Source of the DNA: a virus
Lineage: Duplodnaviria; Heunggongvirae; Uroviricota; Caudoviricetes
Length of the DNA: 64,000 nucleotides
Virus record (IMG/VR): IMGVR_UViG_2648501839_000008
Direction: 5' to 3' (one strand)
The translations under genes were made by a program, and so were the position numbers. The notes below the pieces were generated by a model that was given only the letters and a program-made list of their open reading frames with translations, did no database searches and was not told where the DNA came from. This document shows positions 27,400-37,600 of this stretch, piece after piece; the stretch's first letter is position 1; the number at the start of each line of letters is the position of its first letter.

Positions 27400-30300
27400 T
27401 CACAGAAGGCCAATTCTTACTCGTAAGACGTTGTTATCGTCATAAACGTCAATCCGCTGACCATTTATAACCAATCGCCCATTGCCGCCGCTATTACCGT
27501 TGATCTCAAGCGTTCCATTTTTGCCGAACCGCCATCCAGATCTACCGCTAACAAAATTGGTAGATTGCAGATCGCCTACTTTTGCATTGGTGATTGTGCC
27601 ATCCTTGATATACGCACCATTCATATAGGCGATACTGTTTTCGATAACAAATGGCGTGGTGATCTTCCCGTTAACAGAGTTGACCAAACCAAATCTGTCC
27701 GCCTGCACCAAAAACTGAGAAAGACCGGTGGTGTCGATACCAAGCGCAATACCGGCAACATACTTCTGCCCTCCGCTCGTTGAAGTCTCCATTTTCAACG
27801 TCCACGCGGTTGAGACTTTTTTGTTGGTATCAGCAATGGCTGTTGCCTGCTGTTGAATTGTCGCGGTATTTCCATCCACCTCTGCTTTCAGAGTATCGAT
27901 TCGCCCACTTAGAGCATTATCTGCCTGCGTTCTCGCTGTCGTTTCAGTTGTGACCGCCGCAGAAATGTTGGCTGCTGTTTGAGACTCTAAGTTTGTGATT
28001 TGAGTCGCCAATGCCGCATCTTGCTCTGTACGCGTTTTCGTTTCGGTTGCTACAGCCGCTTTAATATCCTCTTTGTATTGAGAGGTCAGCTTGGTGATCT
28101 GAGATGACAACGCCGAGTCAGCATCAGTTCGAGCCTGCGTTTCCACTGCAACGGCCGCACTAATATCTTTCGCAGTCTGTGCTTTTAAACTTGAAACCTC
28201 TTTTGTTAAAGCGGTATCGCCATCTGCACGAGCCGTTGTTTCTTTGGCAAGAGACGCCTCGAGATCATTAGCTTTTGCTGTAAGAGATGTAATCTGGCTG
28301 GACAATGCACTATCGGCGTCAGTCCTTGCCTTTGTCTCTACAGCAACGGCTGCGACAATGTCAGTTCCGGTCTGCGCCCGCAGGCTGTTAATTTCTCGTG
28401 AGAGCGCCTCGTCAGCACTTGCTCTAGCCTCCTGCTCCTGAGTGATGGCGGCGGATATATCACCGTCAACCTTTGCTTGAAGCTGGTTTATTTGTTTAGC
28501 TAACGCAGAGTCTCCGCTCGCACGCGCCTCCTGCTCACTGCGTATTGCAGCAGAAATATCATCATCAACTTTTGCCTGAAGTTGGGTGATCTGGCTTGCC
28601 AGAGCCGAATCTTCCGTTGCTCGGGCTTCTTGCTCTTCCTTAATGGCTGCGACAATATCGTTGCTTACTTTCGACTCAAGCTGAGTTATTTGTTTCGTCA
28701 AAGCTTCATCGGCAGATGTACGAGCCTCCTGTTCTGTACTAATCGCCGCGCTGATATCTCCTTCAAACTTAGATTGCAGCTGAGTGACACGCTTTGCCAA
28801 CGCTTCATCGCCATCGGCACGAGCGGTGGACTCTTCCAGAATACTGGCCTTAATGTCTTCGCCAATTTCTACGCGAATTTCCTCAACCTTCGTGGCCATT
28901 GCAGACATATCATCAGCAAAGGTTTTCTGTGTTGTTGCGATCTTCGCGTTATTGACCATCTGCTTGTGCTGGTCTTCATCTTGACGAAGAGCCAGGTCAA
29001 TATTTGTTTTAGCTAACGCCTCAATGTTCGTAGTCAGTTCTGCACTGGCACGATCGACCTCTGCAACCGTCTTTTTCATTTCTTCAACGGCTGCGGAACT
29101 TTCCTCTACCGTCGACTGCAACACTTCCAGTTGTTTAGCGTTTGCGGCATCACCTTCAACACGAGCCTCGCTTTCCTTAGCAATAAGAGCCGCCGCTTCG
29201 TCTCTTGCAGCCTTTATTGCCTCGACTGTATTAGCGAGAGCTTTATCGTGTTCAGATACGGTGTTTTCGATTTCAACAATTGCAGCATCAGTAGCATCAA
29301 TTTTTTCAAACGCTTCATTGACCTTGTCGATCGTTGCCGAAACCTCACCTTTAAGCTCGGTTTGTGCGTTCTCCAAAGCATCGCTACGCTCGTTGAATTT
29401 TATTTCAAAACCCGCGAGGTTATCGCTGAACTGCTTATCTAATTCAGCTATATCTTCCTTAACGTCGTTTACCGCCCCCTCCAAAGATTCGACGCTCTGG
29501 TTGATATGCTCATTTAACTCGTCAACTGCTTCTTGAGAGGCTTTGCTGTTGATGTCCTCAAGCAGAGCCTGACCAAGCTCGGAAGATGTAATTTTGCCAG
29601 CCAGGAACGACAGTACATCGCGAGTTGTCGCCTCTGTACCCAAGTTTGAGTTCGGAGGGCTTAACATACCTCGCTTGTTCGATGCTCGAACCCAGTAATA
29701 CCACGTTTCGCTATCCCCAAGACCAGCATGTGTAAAGGTGGTGCTTGCAGACTCTGCGATCAGTTTCGCCGTATCCAGATTGTTGGTCTGGGATGCGTAA
29801 ACATTAATGTGATCAAGGTCTACCGAATCTGGATTAACCCAATTCAGTATCACATTACGATAGTCTCCAACGGCCGTTAATGACGTTGGTGCATCCGGCG
29901 GTGTCATTGTGCCCAGCACCTGATAAACGGTACTGATAATTTCTGTTTTTTTACCGTTGAATGAAACCGCATACAGTTGGAAGTCGTAGCGTCCATTCTC
30001 CGCGACATTAACGATTTCGTATTGCTCTTCGGTTACACGCGCCGATTGCCAGTTCGATACATTGTTTTCATCAGAACGTCGCCAACTGATCCAATACTCT
30101 GGAGATTTCCCTTCCCATGTTGCAGTCAGTTTTACTGACAGGTTGCCCGGGCTTGAGAGGTAAGTCCCTTCAGTGATTTGCAAATTAGACGGCTTGGAGT
30201 AAGTCGGGTCCAATACCGTCGTATTCTGCGGGATAAGCGTTGCACCATTGTCGATCGCCTCATATTTAGACGGATTGTTTTCAACAGCGGTGATGTCAAA

Positions 30301-32130
30301 GCTACCCGACGTTTCCCCCTGAGCGATGTTAACGATGCGAACGCGCATAGGTTCGAGATCTGGTTCTGTAATTGTCCAGACACCGTTCAAAACAGGCGTT
30401 TCCGCTGACGACAGAGCTTTTGAAAACGTAACCTTTGTTATGTTTTCGCCAGTTTCAAGAACATCGCGCTCAACGATTTTGCCTTCCTGATTCAATATCC
30501 GAATAAAGCTGCCGCTTTTAGCTAACGACACAGGCGCATCGAGAGTGATGCTGTTTTTGGTAAACTCCACAATTCGACCGGAGTTACGTTTACCTGCACG
30601 ATATTTGTTCTGAATCAGAACGGTTTCACCGGGCATCAGAAATGAGGCGTCTAAGCCGGCAGTAAATGTAATTACATCCGACTCCATTCTGGCGGTATAC
30701 AAAAGCCACAAACCAACTCGGTGAGCCTGGCCTCGGCTTGTACATCCAAATGCTACGACTTCTGTTTTACGCTCACCATAACGGCGCATTGCGTCCTGAT
30801 CTTCAACGTACTCGATGTTTTGCTTATAACCGTCCTCCTTGTTGTTGTAGGTTACGAGCGCAACGGATGGGCGATCTTTACGCGCAGAACCTTTATAGGT
30901 AAACAGTCCATCTTTGACGTTGGAGTTGGTAAACATCATTACTGGATCTGATGGGCTATCCTGCATGATGTTAACCATGCCACCAGCCCAAAACACCATG
31001 CCGCGGAATGCACCGGCAATATCCTGAATTAATCGGTATGCGTCTTGTCGACTGGTGATCTGCGTATTGATTGCAAAGCGTTTCTCTTTACCCCCAAAGC
31101 CATCATCGACCTCTTCGTCACAATATCGACCAATCTGGTAGAGCTGGCCGAGGTCAATCATGGATTCCGACACAAATTGCCCAAGACCATACCGAGTATT
31201 GGTAAGCAAATCGTAGAGAATCCACGCAGGGTTTGAAGAAGACAACAGCTTAAAAGTACCGTCCCATACGCCGACATAAGTATTGGTGTATTCGTTGTAG
31301 TTTGACGGCACTCGAATTTTGATACCGCGCACCAAATACGAACGGGAAGGCATTGTGCTACCAAACTGCTCTGAATTGACCTTTAAGCCAACAAGTGCAG
31401 AGTTAGGGTAGTTCATGGGGGTATCTACAATCTCACCGATGGAATCAACCCAAGTATCGTTGTAGAGGTACTGGCTACTGTTATCATCCGTAAGACGAAT
31501 CACCCGAACCTTGTATGCACGGCCAGGTTTAGGCAGTTTCAGCTCATAGCTACGGTAATACACGCCGGTTTTCTTTGCCGTTAGCGTGATATCAACGCTT
31601 TTCTCACCTTCTGCCACTACATCAGAAAATGTTGCGTCTCCGTTGGCGATCTGGAATTTGTACTTCACCGTAGTGCCATTTGTATCGCCAGAGCTTTTAT
31701 CAACGCTACGTAAAGAGGGGAATTTCATGATGACACGAACGCGATCAGCTTCATCGTTATCGATTGAAACCGTAACGTCGTGTGTTTTTTTAAGCTGAAT
31801 ATTTACGGACTTAGGCGTTTCGACAAAATCAAAACCAGCCATTGGCGTCTGGTCTTGTGAGCCGTCACGAAAATCCCATGTAATACCGCTGAAGTTGGAA
31901 GAGCCATCTTCATTCAAGATCGGTAAATCGTCGATGAAGATCGACTTTGCGCCATTTACCAGGCCACCGATAACCCCCTCGCCAAGAAGGTCGAGGATGG
32001 CTGCCATAGCACGAGAATTTACAGTATCATCAGCTTCAACCGGGGTACGGCTGGAGCTTTTACTTTTCTTGCCACCAGCACCGGCAATAAGAAGCGGTAA
32101 TTTTTTCTTCTTGAACTGTTCCATGTCCAA
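27400..32130 (-). CDS. Tail tip / host specificity protein (lambda gpJ-like) with long coiled-coil repeat region
   Basis: N-terminal region with NPAWILYDLLTNTRYGLG characteristic of gpJ family; about 450 aa of periodic DISAAI...EQEARASADEAL repeats; 1576 aa. Confidence 0.85.
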   Translation of the reverse strand: MDMEQFKKKKLPLLIAGAGGKKSKSSSRTPVEADDTVNSRAMAAILDLLGEGVIGGLVNGAKSIFIDDLPILNEDGSSNFSGITWDFRDGSQDQTPMAGFDFVETPKSVNIQLKKTHDVTVSIDNDEADRVRVIMKFPSLRSVDKSSGDTNGTTVKYKFQIANGDATFSDVVAEGEKSVDITLTAKKTGVYYRSYELKLPKPGRAYKVRVIRLTDDNSSQYLYNDTWVDSIGEIVDTPMNYPNSALVGLKVNSEQFGSTMPSRSYLVRGIKIRVPSNYNEYTNTYVGVWDGTFKLLSSSNPAWILYDLLTNTRYGLGQFVSESMIDLGQLYQIGRYCDEEVDDGFGGKEKRFAINTQITSRQDAYRLIQDIAGAFRGMVFWAGGMVNIMQDSPSDPVMMFTNSNVKDGLFTYKGSARKDRPSVALVTYNNKEDGYKQNIEYVEDQDAMRRYGERKTEVVAFGCTSRGQAHRVGLWLLYTARMESDVITFTAGLDASFLMPGETVLIQNKYRAGKRNSGRIVEFTKNSITLDAPVSLAKSGSFIRILNQEGKIVERDVLETGENITKVTFSKALSSAETPVLNGVWTITEPDLEPMRVRIVNIAQGETSGSFDITAVENNPSKYEAIDNGATLIPQNTTVLDPTYSKPSNLQITEGTYLSSPGNLSVKLTATWEGKSPEYWISWRRSDENNVSNWQSARVTEEQYEIVNVAENGRYDFQLYAVSFNGKKTEIISTVYQVLGTMTPPDAPTSLTAVGDYRNVILNWVNPDSVDLDHINVYASQTNNLDTAKLIAESASTTFTHAGLGDSETWYYWVRASNKRGMLSPPNSNLGTEATTRDVLSFLAGKITSSELGQALLEDINSKASQEAVDELNEHINQSVESLEGAVNDVKEDIAELDKQFSDNLAGFEIKFNERSDALENAQTELKGEVSATIDKVNEAFEKIDATDAAIVEIENTVSEHDKALANTVEAIKAARDEAAALIAKESEARVEGDAANAKQLEVLQSTVEESSAAVEEMKKTVAEVDRASAELTTNIEALAKTNIDLALRQDEDQHKQMVNNAKIATTQKTFADDMSAMATKVEEIRVEIGEDIKASILEESTARADGDEALAKRVTQLQSKFEGDISAAISTEQEARTSADEALTKQITQLESKVSNDIVAAIKEEQEARATEDSALASQITQLQAKVDDDISAAIRSEQEARASGDSALAKQINQLQAKVDGDISAAITQEQEARASADEALSREINSLRAQTGTDIVAAVAVETKARTDADSALSSQITSLTAKANDLEASLAKETTARADGDTALTKEVSSLKAQTAKDISAAVAVETQARTDADSALSSQITKLTSQYKEDIKAAVATETKTRTEQDAALATQITNLESQTAANISAAVTTETTARTQADNALSGRIDTLKAEVDGNTATIQQQATAIADTNKKVSTAWTLKMETSTSGGQKYVAGIALGIDTTGLSQFLVQADRFGLVNSVNGKITTPFVIENSIAYMNGAYIKDGTITNAKVGDLQSTNFVSGRSGWRFGKNGTLEINGNSGGNGRLVINGQRIDVYDDNNVLRVRIGLL

Positions 32131-32141
32131 AAAATCCTTGA

Positions 32142-32732
32142 TTACATAAGCTGGTCGATGGTGATAGAAGAACTCACGACCTGTGAGCCAACTAAAATTT
32201 CCTCACCATAGATAAGCTGTACAGGGTTCCCCTGGTTTGTTGTGTTTTGAGGTCCATCGAAGTAATAAGAGTTCGAGTTATCCGCCTGCCTCACACTTTC
32301 GTTAGTGGCTTGCGGAGATATGATTTGCGCTATACCACCCATCATCAGTGACAAACCGAGAGGCGCAAGAGCGGGCACCCATATCGAGGCAACCATTAAT
32401 ACTGCTCCAACAACCGTCTGAAACCACCCAAAAGCAGATCCACCACTTCCTCGCGGAACAGGGGTAATGCGGATTTTGGCAATGTTGTCAGACTGCCCCA
32501 TCATCTGATATTCACTCTCGTCCACAGACCACTTGTGGCCCTGTTTATTGGTGATCTGGATGTGGTATCTGTCATAGGTTTTGATGTTGCGCTTCATCCA
32601 TGCTTTAAACCCAGGCTTGTTGGCCTCAATTAAATCCAGAGCCTGTTTTGTATTGCGCACCTTTAAATGCCAGTGGCGGCCAAAATGTTTGGCCATAGGG
32701 CCGCCAAGCTGCACATGAACTAACTCAGACAC
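32142..32732 (-). CDS. Tail assembly protein, lambda gpI-like
   Basis: Size, position after gpK-like gene, C-terminal hydrophobic segment. Confidence 0.65.
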   Translation of the reverse strand: MSELVHVQLGGPMAKHFGRHWHLKVRNTKQALDLIEANKPGFKAWMKRNIKTYDRYHIQITNKQGHKWSVDESEYQMMGQSDNIAKIRITPVPRGSGGSAFGWFQTVVGAVLMVASIWVPALAPLGLSLMMGGIAQIISPQATNESVRQADNSNSYYFDGPQNTTNQGNPVQLIYGEEILVGSQVVSSSITIDQLM

Positions 32733-33544
32733 GTCTCATCTCCCTTGAGCAAGTCTCTGTGACGCAAGTGATGCGTCGTATGTTTCTGATACATTCCGCC
32801 GTAATAAGCACGACAACTAAGGCGGTCGATCTGGTGATGAAGAATCATTCCATCGCCGATATAAACCGCGCAGTGGTCAGGCATTTTCCCGTATTGGATA
32901 AAGAAGATGTCCCCACGTTGAGGCTCTGTTCCGGGCGCAAGCCGTACCAATCCTTCGTTTCGGTAGTTCTGGTCGAGAATGTCGTTATCGCCGGTGTACC
33001 ACGATGGAATATGCAGGTGTGCGTTCGGGTTTAGTTCGACGTTAAACTCACGCTTCAAATAGTCCCGACACAACATCCAGCAATCGAATACGCCAAATAC
33101 ATACGGTCTGCCCAGGTATGGCATTTCGAAACCATCAGGTGTGATCACATTCATCTCGCTAAAATGGAAAGGGGCATCTCCCTCAACATTCTTGCGAATA
33201 GCCAGAATCATCCACGGAACTTCCGTCGCTTCGCAGCCTGCACGATCGGCATCAGATGCTTCTGCTGATTCATCAGTATGTGAATGCCAGATTGCGATAA
33301 CATCACCCGCATCCTCTGCCGCCATAATGTCGTCAACGTGCATTACAAAAGTGTTCTGCGGGTTCTCCGAAACATTCCGCGCTTCCATAAAGCGATATTT
33401 GTCGCCATTAGTTCTAACCAGAAAGCCACACGCTTCATTAGGGTAGCGATTTATGGCGCAGAGATAGATTTGCTGCATAACGTCAGAGCCAAGCTCAGGG
33501 ATTGCTTTATTACCCATACCGCGTAGCTCCAATAAATCCGCCAA
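32720..33544 (-). CDS. Tail assembly protein, lambda gpK-like (MPN/JAB plus NlpC/P60)
   Basis: JAB-like EACGF...HSH motif N-terminal; NlpC/P60-like Cys/His (FDCWMLCRDY ... HCAVYIG ... MILHH). Confidence 0.8.
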   Translation of the reverse strand: MADLLELRGMGNKAIPELGSDVMQQIYLCAINRYPNEACGFLVRTNGDKYRFMEARNVSENPQNTFVMHVDDIMAAEDAGDVIAIWHSHTDESAEASDADRAGCEATEVPWMILAIRKNVEGDAPFHFSEMNVITPDGFEMPYLGRPYVFGVFDCWMLCRDYLKREFNVELNPNAHLHIPSWYTGDNDILDQNYRNEGLVRLAPGTEPQRGDIFFIQYGKMPDHCAVYIGDGMILHHQIDRLSCRAYYGGMYQKHTTHHLRHRDLLKGDETCLS

Positions 33545-34241
33545 AATGGATCACACCGTCGGCAAAATAATTCCGACGCGCATTACAGGCGTCATAACGT
33601 TTTGTGCAGTAATCCGCACCAGACATAGACGTCTGCTGGTTATTTTTGTCGAAATATGGACCGGTATATCCGCATTCTGGCCCTCGGTATTTCCACGGGC
33701 AGGTGTTTTTAATGATCTGACGATACGGCAGTTGCACCCCCATCAAATCGAACACACTGGACAATTCAAACTCGACAACCTGATGAGTTTCGAGAGTTTT
33801 CTGTTCGATAAACCACATTTCATCAGGGAAATGTTGGTTTGGATCTGCTGTTGGGTTGCCGTCTTTAAAATTAACGGCATCGAGGAAGCGAGCCAGCGTC
33901 ATCTTGCGAATAATGCGGCAGCCAACAAGATCGTCGTTCGCCTGAACTTCCGCAGAGACGGTTCCGGCAAAGTTCGATACCTGAATTTTTGGACGTGGCA
34001 ACGTTCCCTGGCCCGTTTTGTCAAAGCCTGATGCTTTGATTGGCCACGGCTCGTATGTCACCCCTTGCCAGACGACCGGTTGCATCAGTTCGTTTGTTCC
34101 GGCGTGGAAGAATAGCTTCCCCCCTGAAGTTGTGTTCGACATATCCAGTACGAACAACTCAATGAGTGCAGAGGGAGATAAGCTCTGAATATCAGCTTTA
34201 ATTCCCATTGTTTCATCCTTGAAATAAGTAGGCGCTAACAT
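33510..34241 (-). CDS. Minor tail protein, lambda gpL-like
   Basis: 243 aa; C-terminal Cys cluster CPWKYRGPECGYTG; gene order. Confidence 0.7.
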   Translation of the reverse strand: MLAPTYFKDETMGIKADIQSLSPSALIELFVLDMSNTTSGGKLFFHAGTNELMQPVVWQGVTYEPWPIKASGFDKTGQGTLPRPKIQVSNFAGTVSAEVQANDDLVGCRIIRKMTLARFLDAVNFKDGNPTADPNQHFPDEMWFIEQKTLETHQVVEFELSSVFDLMGVQLPYRQIIKNTCPWKYRGPECGYTGPYFDKNNQQTSMSGADYCTKRYDACNARRNYFADGVIHFGGFIGATRYG

Positions 34242-34262
34242 CCTGTCAGCGCCACAATGATA

Positions 34263-34284
34263 GTAAATTAGTACTTACTTATCC
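34263..34284. promoter_or_regulatory. O1 palindromic motif
   Basis: gtaaattagtacttacttatcc between gpL-like and gpM-like genes. Confidence 0.35.
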
Positions 34285-34290
34285 AGATAC

Positions 34291-34626
34291 TTAAGCCTCA
34301 AATACTTGTCTGAATGTAGCAGTTAAGACACAGTGCCCCTGATATCGCTTGACCGTATGACTGTCACATACAACTACAATCTGCTTGCCTCTTGGATTAA
34401 CCCAATAGAACGATTCAACGCCTGATCGCTCAGTCAGGAAGTCATCGATTGCATTAATTTCGTTGTATGATCTGGTAAAGGTTAACGACCATTCTTCTTT
34501 AATACGATTAAGACCTTGAGCCTGTCGCTGCTCGTAGTCATCACCAAAATTAAGTACCGTTACATTCGGTTTTACGCTTTTTTCAGATTCGTAATCTGGA
34601 TACCAATTAAACGTTTGTCTTTCCAT
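34291..34626 (-). CDS. Minor tail protein, lambda gpM-like
   Basis: 111 aa, position between tape measure and gpL-like. Confidence 0.7.
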   Translation of the reverse strand: MERQTFNWYPDYESEKSVKPNVTVLNFGDDYEQRQAQGLNRIKEEWSLTFTRSYNEINAIDDFLTERSGVESFYWVNPRGKQIVVVCDSHTVKRYQGHCVLTATFRQVFEA

Positions 34627-34668
34627 CTCACATCCTTGTGAGACTGCCCCGACCGGGGCAGTCGATAG

Positions 34669-37600
34669 TTAGTTACGTTGAGTGTTTGGGTTGAGTGATC
34701 CGCCAGGGCGTTTCTCTTGAGCGATAGTCTCAAGCGCGATTGCTTTCATCCGTTGAGCGGCATTGTTCCATATGCTTTCTGTATCGCCGGATTCAGTTGT
34801 GCTACCGTCACTATGGACGTTGATCTCAATTGATACCGGAGAAAGAACATTTCCTCCTCCACTCATACCATCGGTACTGAGCGTTACAGGGATTGTTCGA
34901 CCATCAGGCAATGGAACATACGCCTCATTCATATCGCCTTCCCCAAACAACGCCAATTGAGGTGAGTTGGCGATACCGCCTTTCTGGTATGCCCGGAGCG
35001 GGATCACGCCGTCTTTTCCAAATATGCCACCATTTGCAAACTTCGGAATTGCAGGAATACCATTCGTGCCATCGGCAGCAGAACTGGTCAGATTGTTGAA
35101 GCCGGAAGTTGAGCCAGAAGAACCGGACATCAATCCATCGAATCCACCACCAGCCCATACTGAAACCAAACCAGATGCAACTGTCGCGCCGAAATTCAAC
35201 CACTTATTACCAGAGCCGGAAGCATTAGCTCCAAGCATTGCAAACGCGGCTGACAGAGCGCCGGTAACAGAGCTGAGATTCTGCATCGAGAAGATGGAGT
35301 CCTTCACTGCTTTTGTCTCAGCATCTTTGGCTTCGGTGCTATCAAATAGCCCCGATACCCAGCTACCAATCGCATTTGTTGCTGTGCCAATTGCGCTGGT
35401 GGTCTGCTGTGTTGTTTGCCCCAATCCAGTTACCGAACTGGACGTCTCCTTCGTGGCTTCTCCTACCGACTTGTCGCCATTAACAGTGTTGCCCATTCGT
35501 ACACCTTGATTGGCAACGGCAGAAGCAACCCCGGTCAGCAAATTGCCACTCTGTGAACTACCAGCTGCGGTGGTTCCCATCCCCAACATGTTCATTAGAG
35601 GCAGCGTGATTTGCGACTTCACGACCATATTGGTGATATCTTTCAAAATGGACTGAGATAGGCTGGAGAAGCTCATCTTCCCGTTAATAACGAAATCAGT
35701 CAGGACATCAGTTAAGCCACTAAACAAATCAGTCCAGGTGCTTTCAATCTGCTCTGCCAGGTTTTCGTATTCCAGTGCCAACTTCTGCGTCGCAGTCCCC
35801 GTCTCTTTAATAAGCGCGGTATTGCCAGCAGCAATAAGTTGATTGATTTTCTTTGTATAAAGCGCCACGACTTTAGGATCAGACGCCTTATCACGAAGTT
35901 CTATCAACGCTTTGAGATTGCGGTTGTAGGTGTCTTCGAAATCAGCAACTTTCTCTTCACGAGACGGCGTATAGCCAGCACTAATAATGGAATCCGCCTC
36001 CGGTGCCCAAGTGGAGATCATCTGCTCAACATTGCGGCGATTAAACATCTCGCGATATTCAGGTGTCGCATTTTTGAGGTCTTCAAGACGTTTTTTCGCC
36101 TTGTCGATCATCTCTTGAGTGATGAACTCGTTAGGAACCGCATTAGCCAAATCAGTTAGCGATTTCGTTGTATCGCGAAGAGACTGATCAAACGATACCG
36201 TAGCCTTAGAGCTTTCACCCATTTGCCCCATAAGCTGATCGGCTTTATCCAGAGCCTTCTGATATCCGGCCGCCAGTTTCTGTTGCGCTGCCTGTTCTTT
36301 CTTGGCCGCACGCTGCGAGGCATTAGCTGATCGTTGGGCTGCTTTCTCGGCGGCTGCGGCATCCTGTTCACGAGCTTTAGTCAGTGCGGCAATGGCTGCG
36401 GCACGCTCTTCATCGCTCATTTTCTCCAGAGAGCTGGCACTGGATGCTTTCTGCAAATTAAGCTGCGTCTTGAGTTGTTTAGGCCCAATAATCGGCTTAC
36501 CTTCGAAGTCCTTCATCGGAGTGCCATCAGGCAAAGTACGCTGATAAGTCGCAGAATCCATCTGGTTTCGCATATATTGCGCCAGCGCCTTCTGAGCAGC
36601 TTTATCAGTTGTACCTAACCCAAGAACCGTCCCCTGGTTTGACATTACGCCCTTACCAGTTTTGGCCGCGTTATCTCTCTCGAACTCTGCCTGTGTCAGT
36701 TCCTGAGCAACGGCTTCCAAATGCTCCTGATAACCACGAATACTGCCTTGCAGTTTCTGGATTTGCTCGGTATTGCCATCTTTTTTGGCTTTTTCAAGCT
36801 GATCATTAAGAGTCGCTATTTGCTTCTCGGTAGCATTCTTACGAGAAGAAAGTGAATCAACCAGTTTTTGCGCAGGCTCCAGATAGCTTTTGTTTACCGT
36901 TTCACGTAACGGTGCCAATAGCTTGTTCTTTTCGTCATCTGAAAGTGAACCGTCATCATTGATTTTCTGGATCTTATCCAGAGCCTCCTGCCGGGCTTTC
37001 ACGAATGTTGCCGCGAAAATCTGGTTTTCCGCTCGAATTTTCTCAATCTGAGATTCGGCAGCCTCTTTAGCCAAACGCTTTGCTACAGCGCCGTCACCAA
37101 GAGCTATCGTGCCGGTTATCTTTTGATACTCTTCCTGATTTTTTTTCAGGCGTGCTTCGATGTCAGCCTTCGACTCTTTGTGAGTAATAACACCGGCAGA
37201 GTTAGATACGTAATTAACACCCTCACCAGTTTTTAATGCTCGTTGATCAGCAAGAATCTGCTTTTCGAGCTTTTCTGCGCGGTCGGCCATTTGTGCACGT
37301 TTGGCCGCTGTCATCGCTTCTGGTATTTTCCTAATCTCGTCAACGACCTTTGAAGTTTCGCTGCGGAGCATGGTCATGTACGTGATTAGGCCAGCAACAG
37401 CTACAGTGGCAACTGTAAATGCTGCCCCTATAGGGTTTGCTGCAATGAACGCCGTTAATCCTGCAAAAGCGCCTTTCAGCCCCGTAATCGCCCCACGGAT
37501 GGCGAAAATGAGAGAGGGGATCGGAGCCAACCCCATACGTGCCGCACGATTGAATCGAGTTACTGCTGTAGCGCCGAGGTTAAATGGAGTCTGTATGGCG

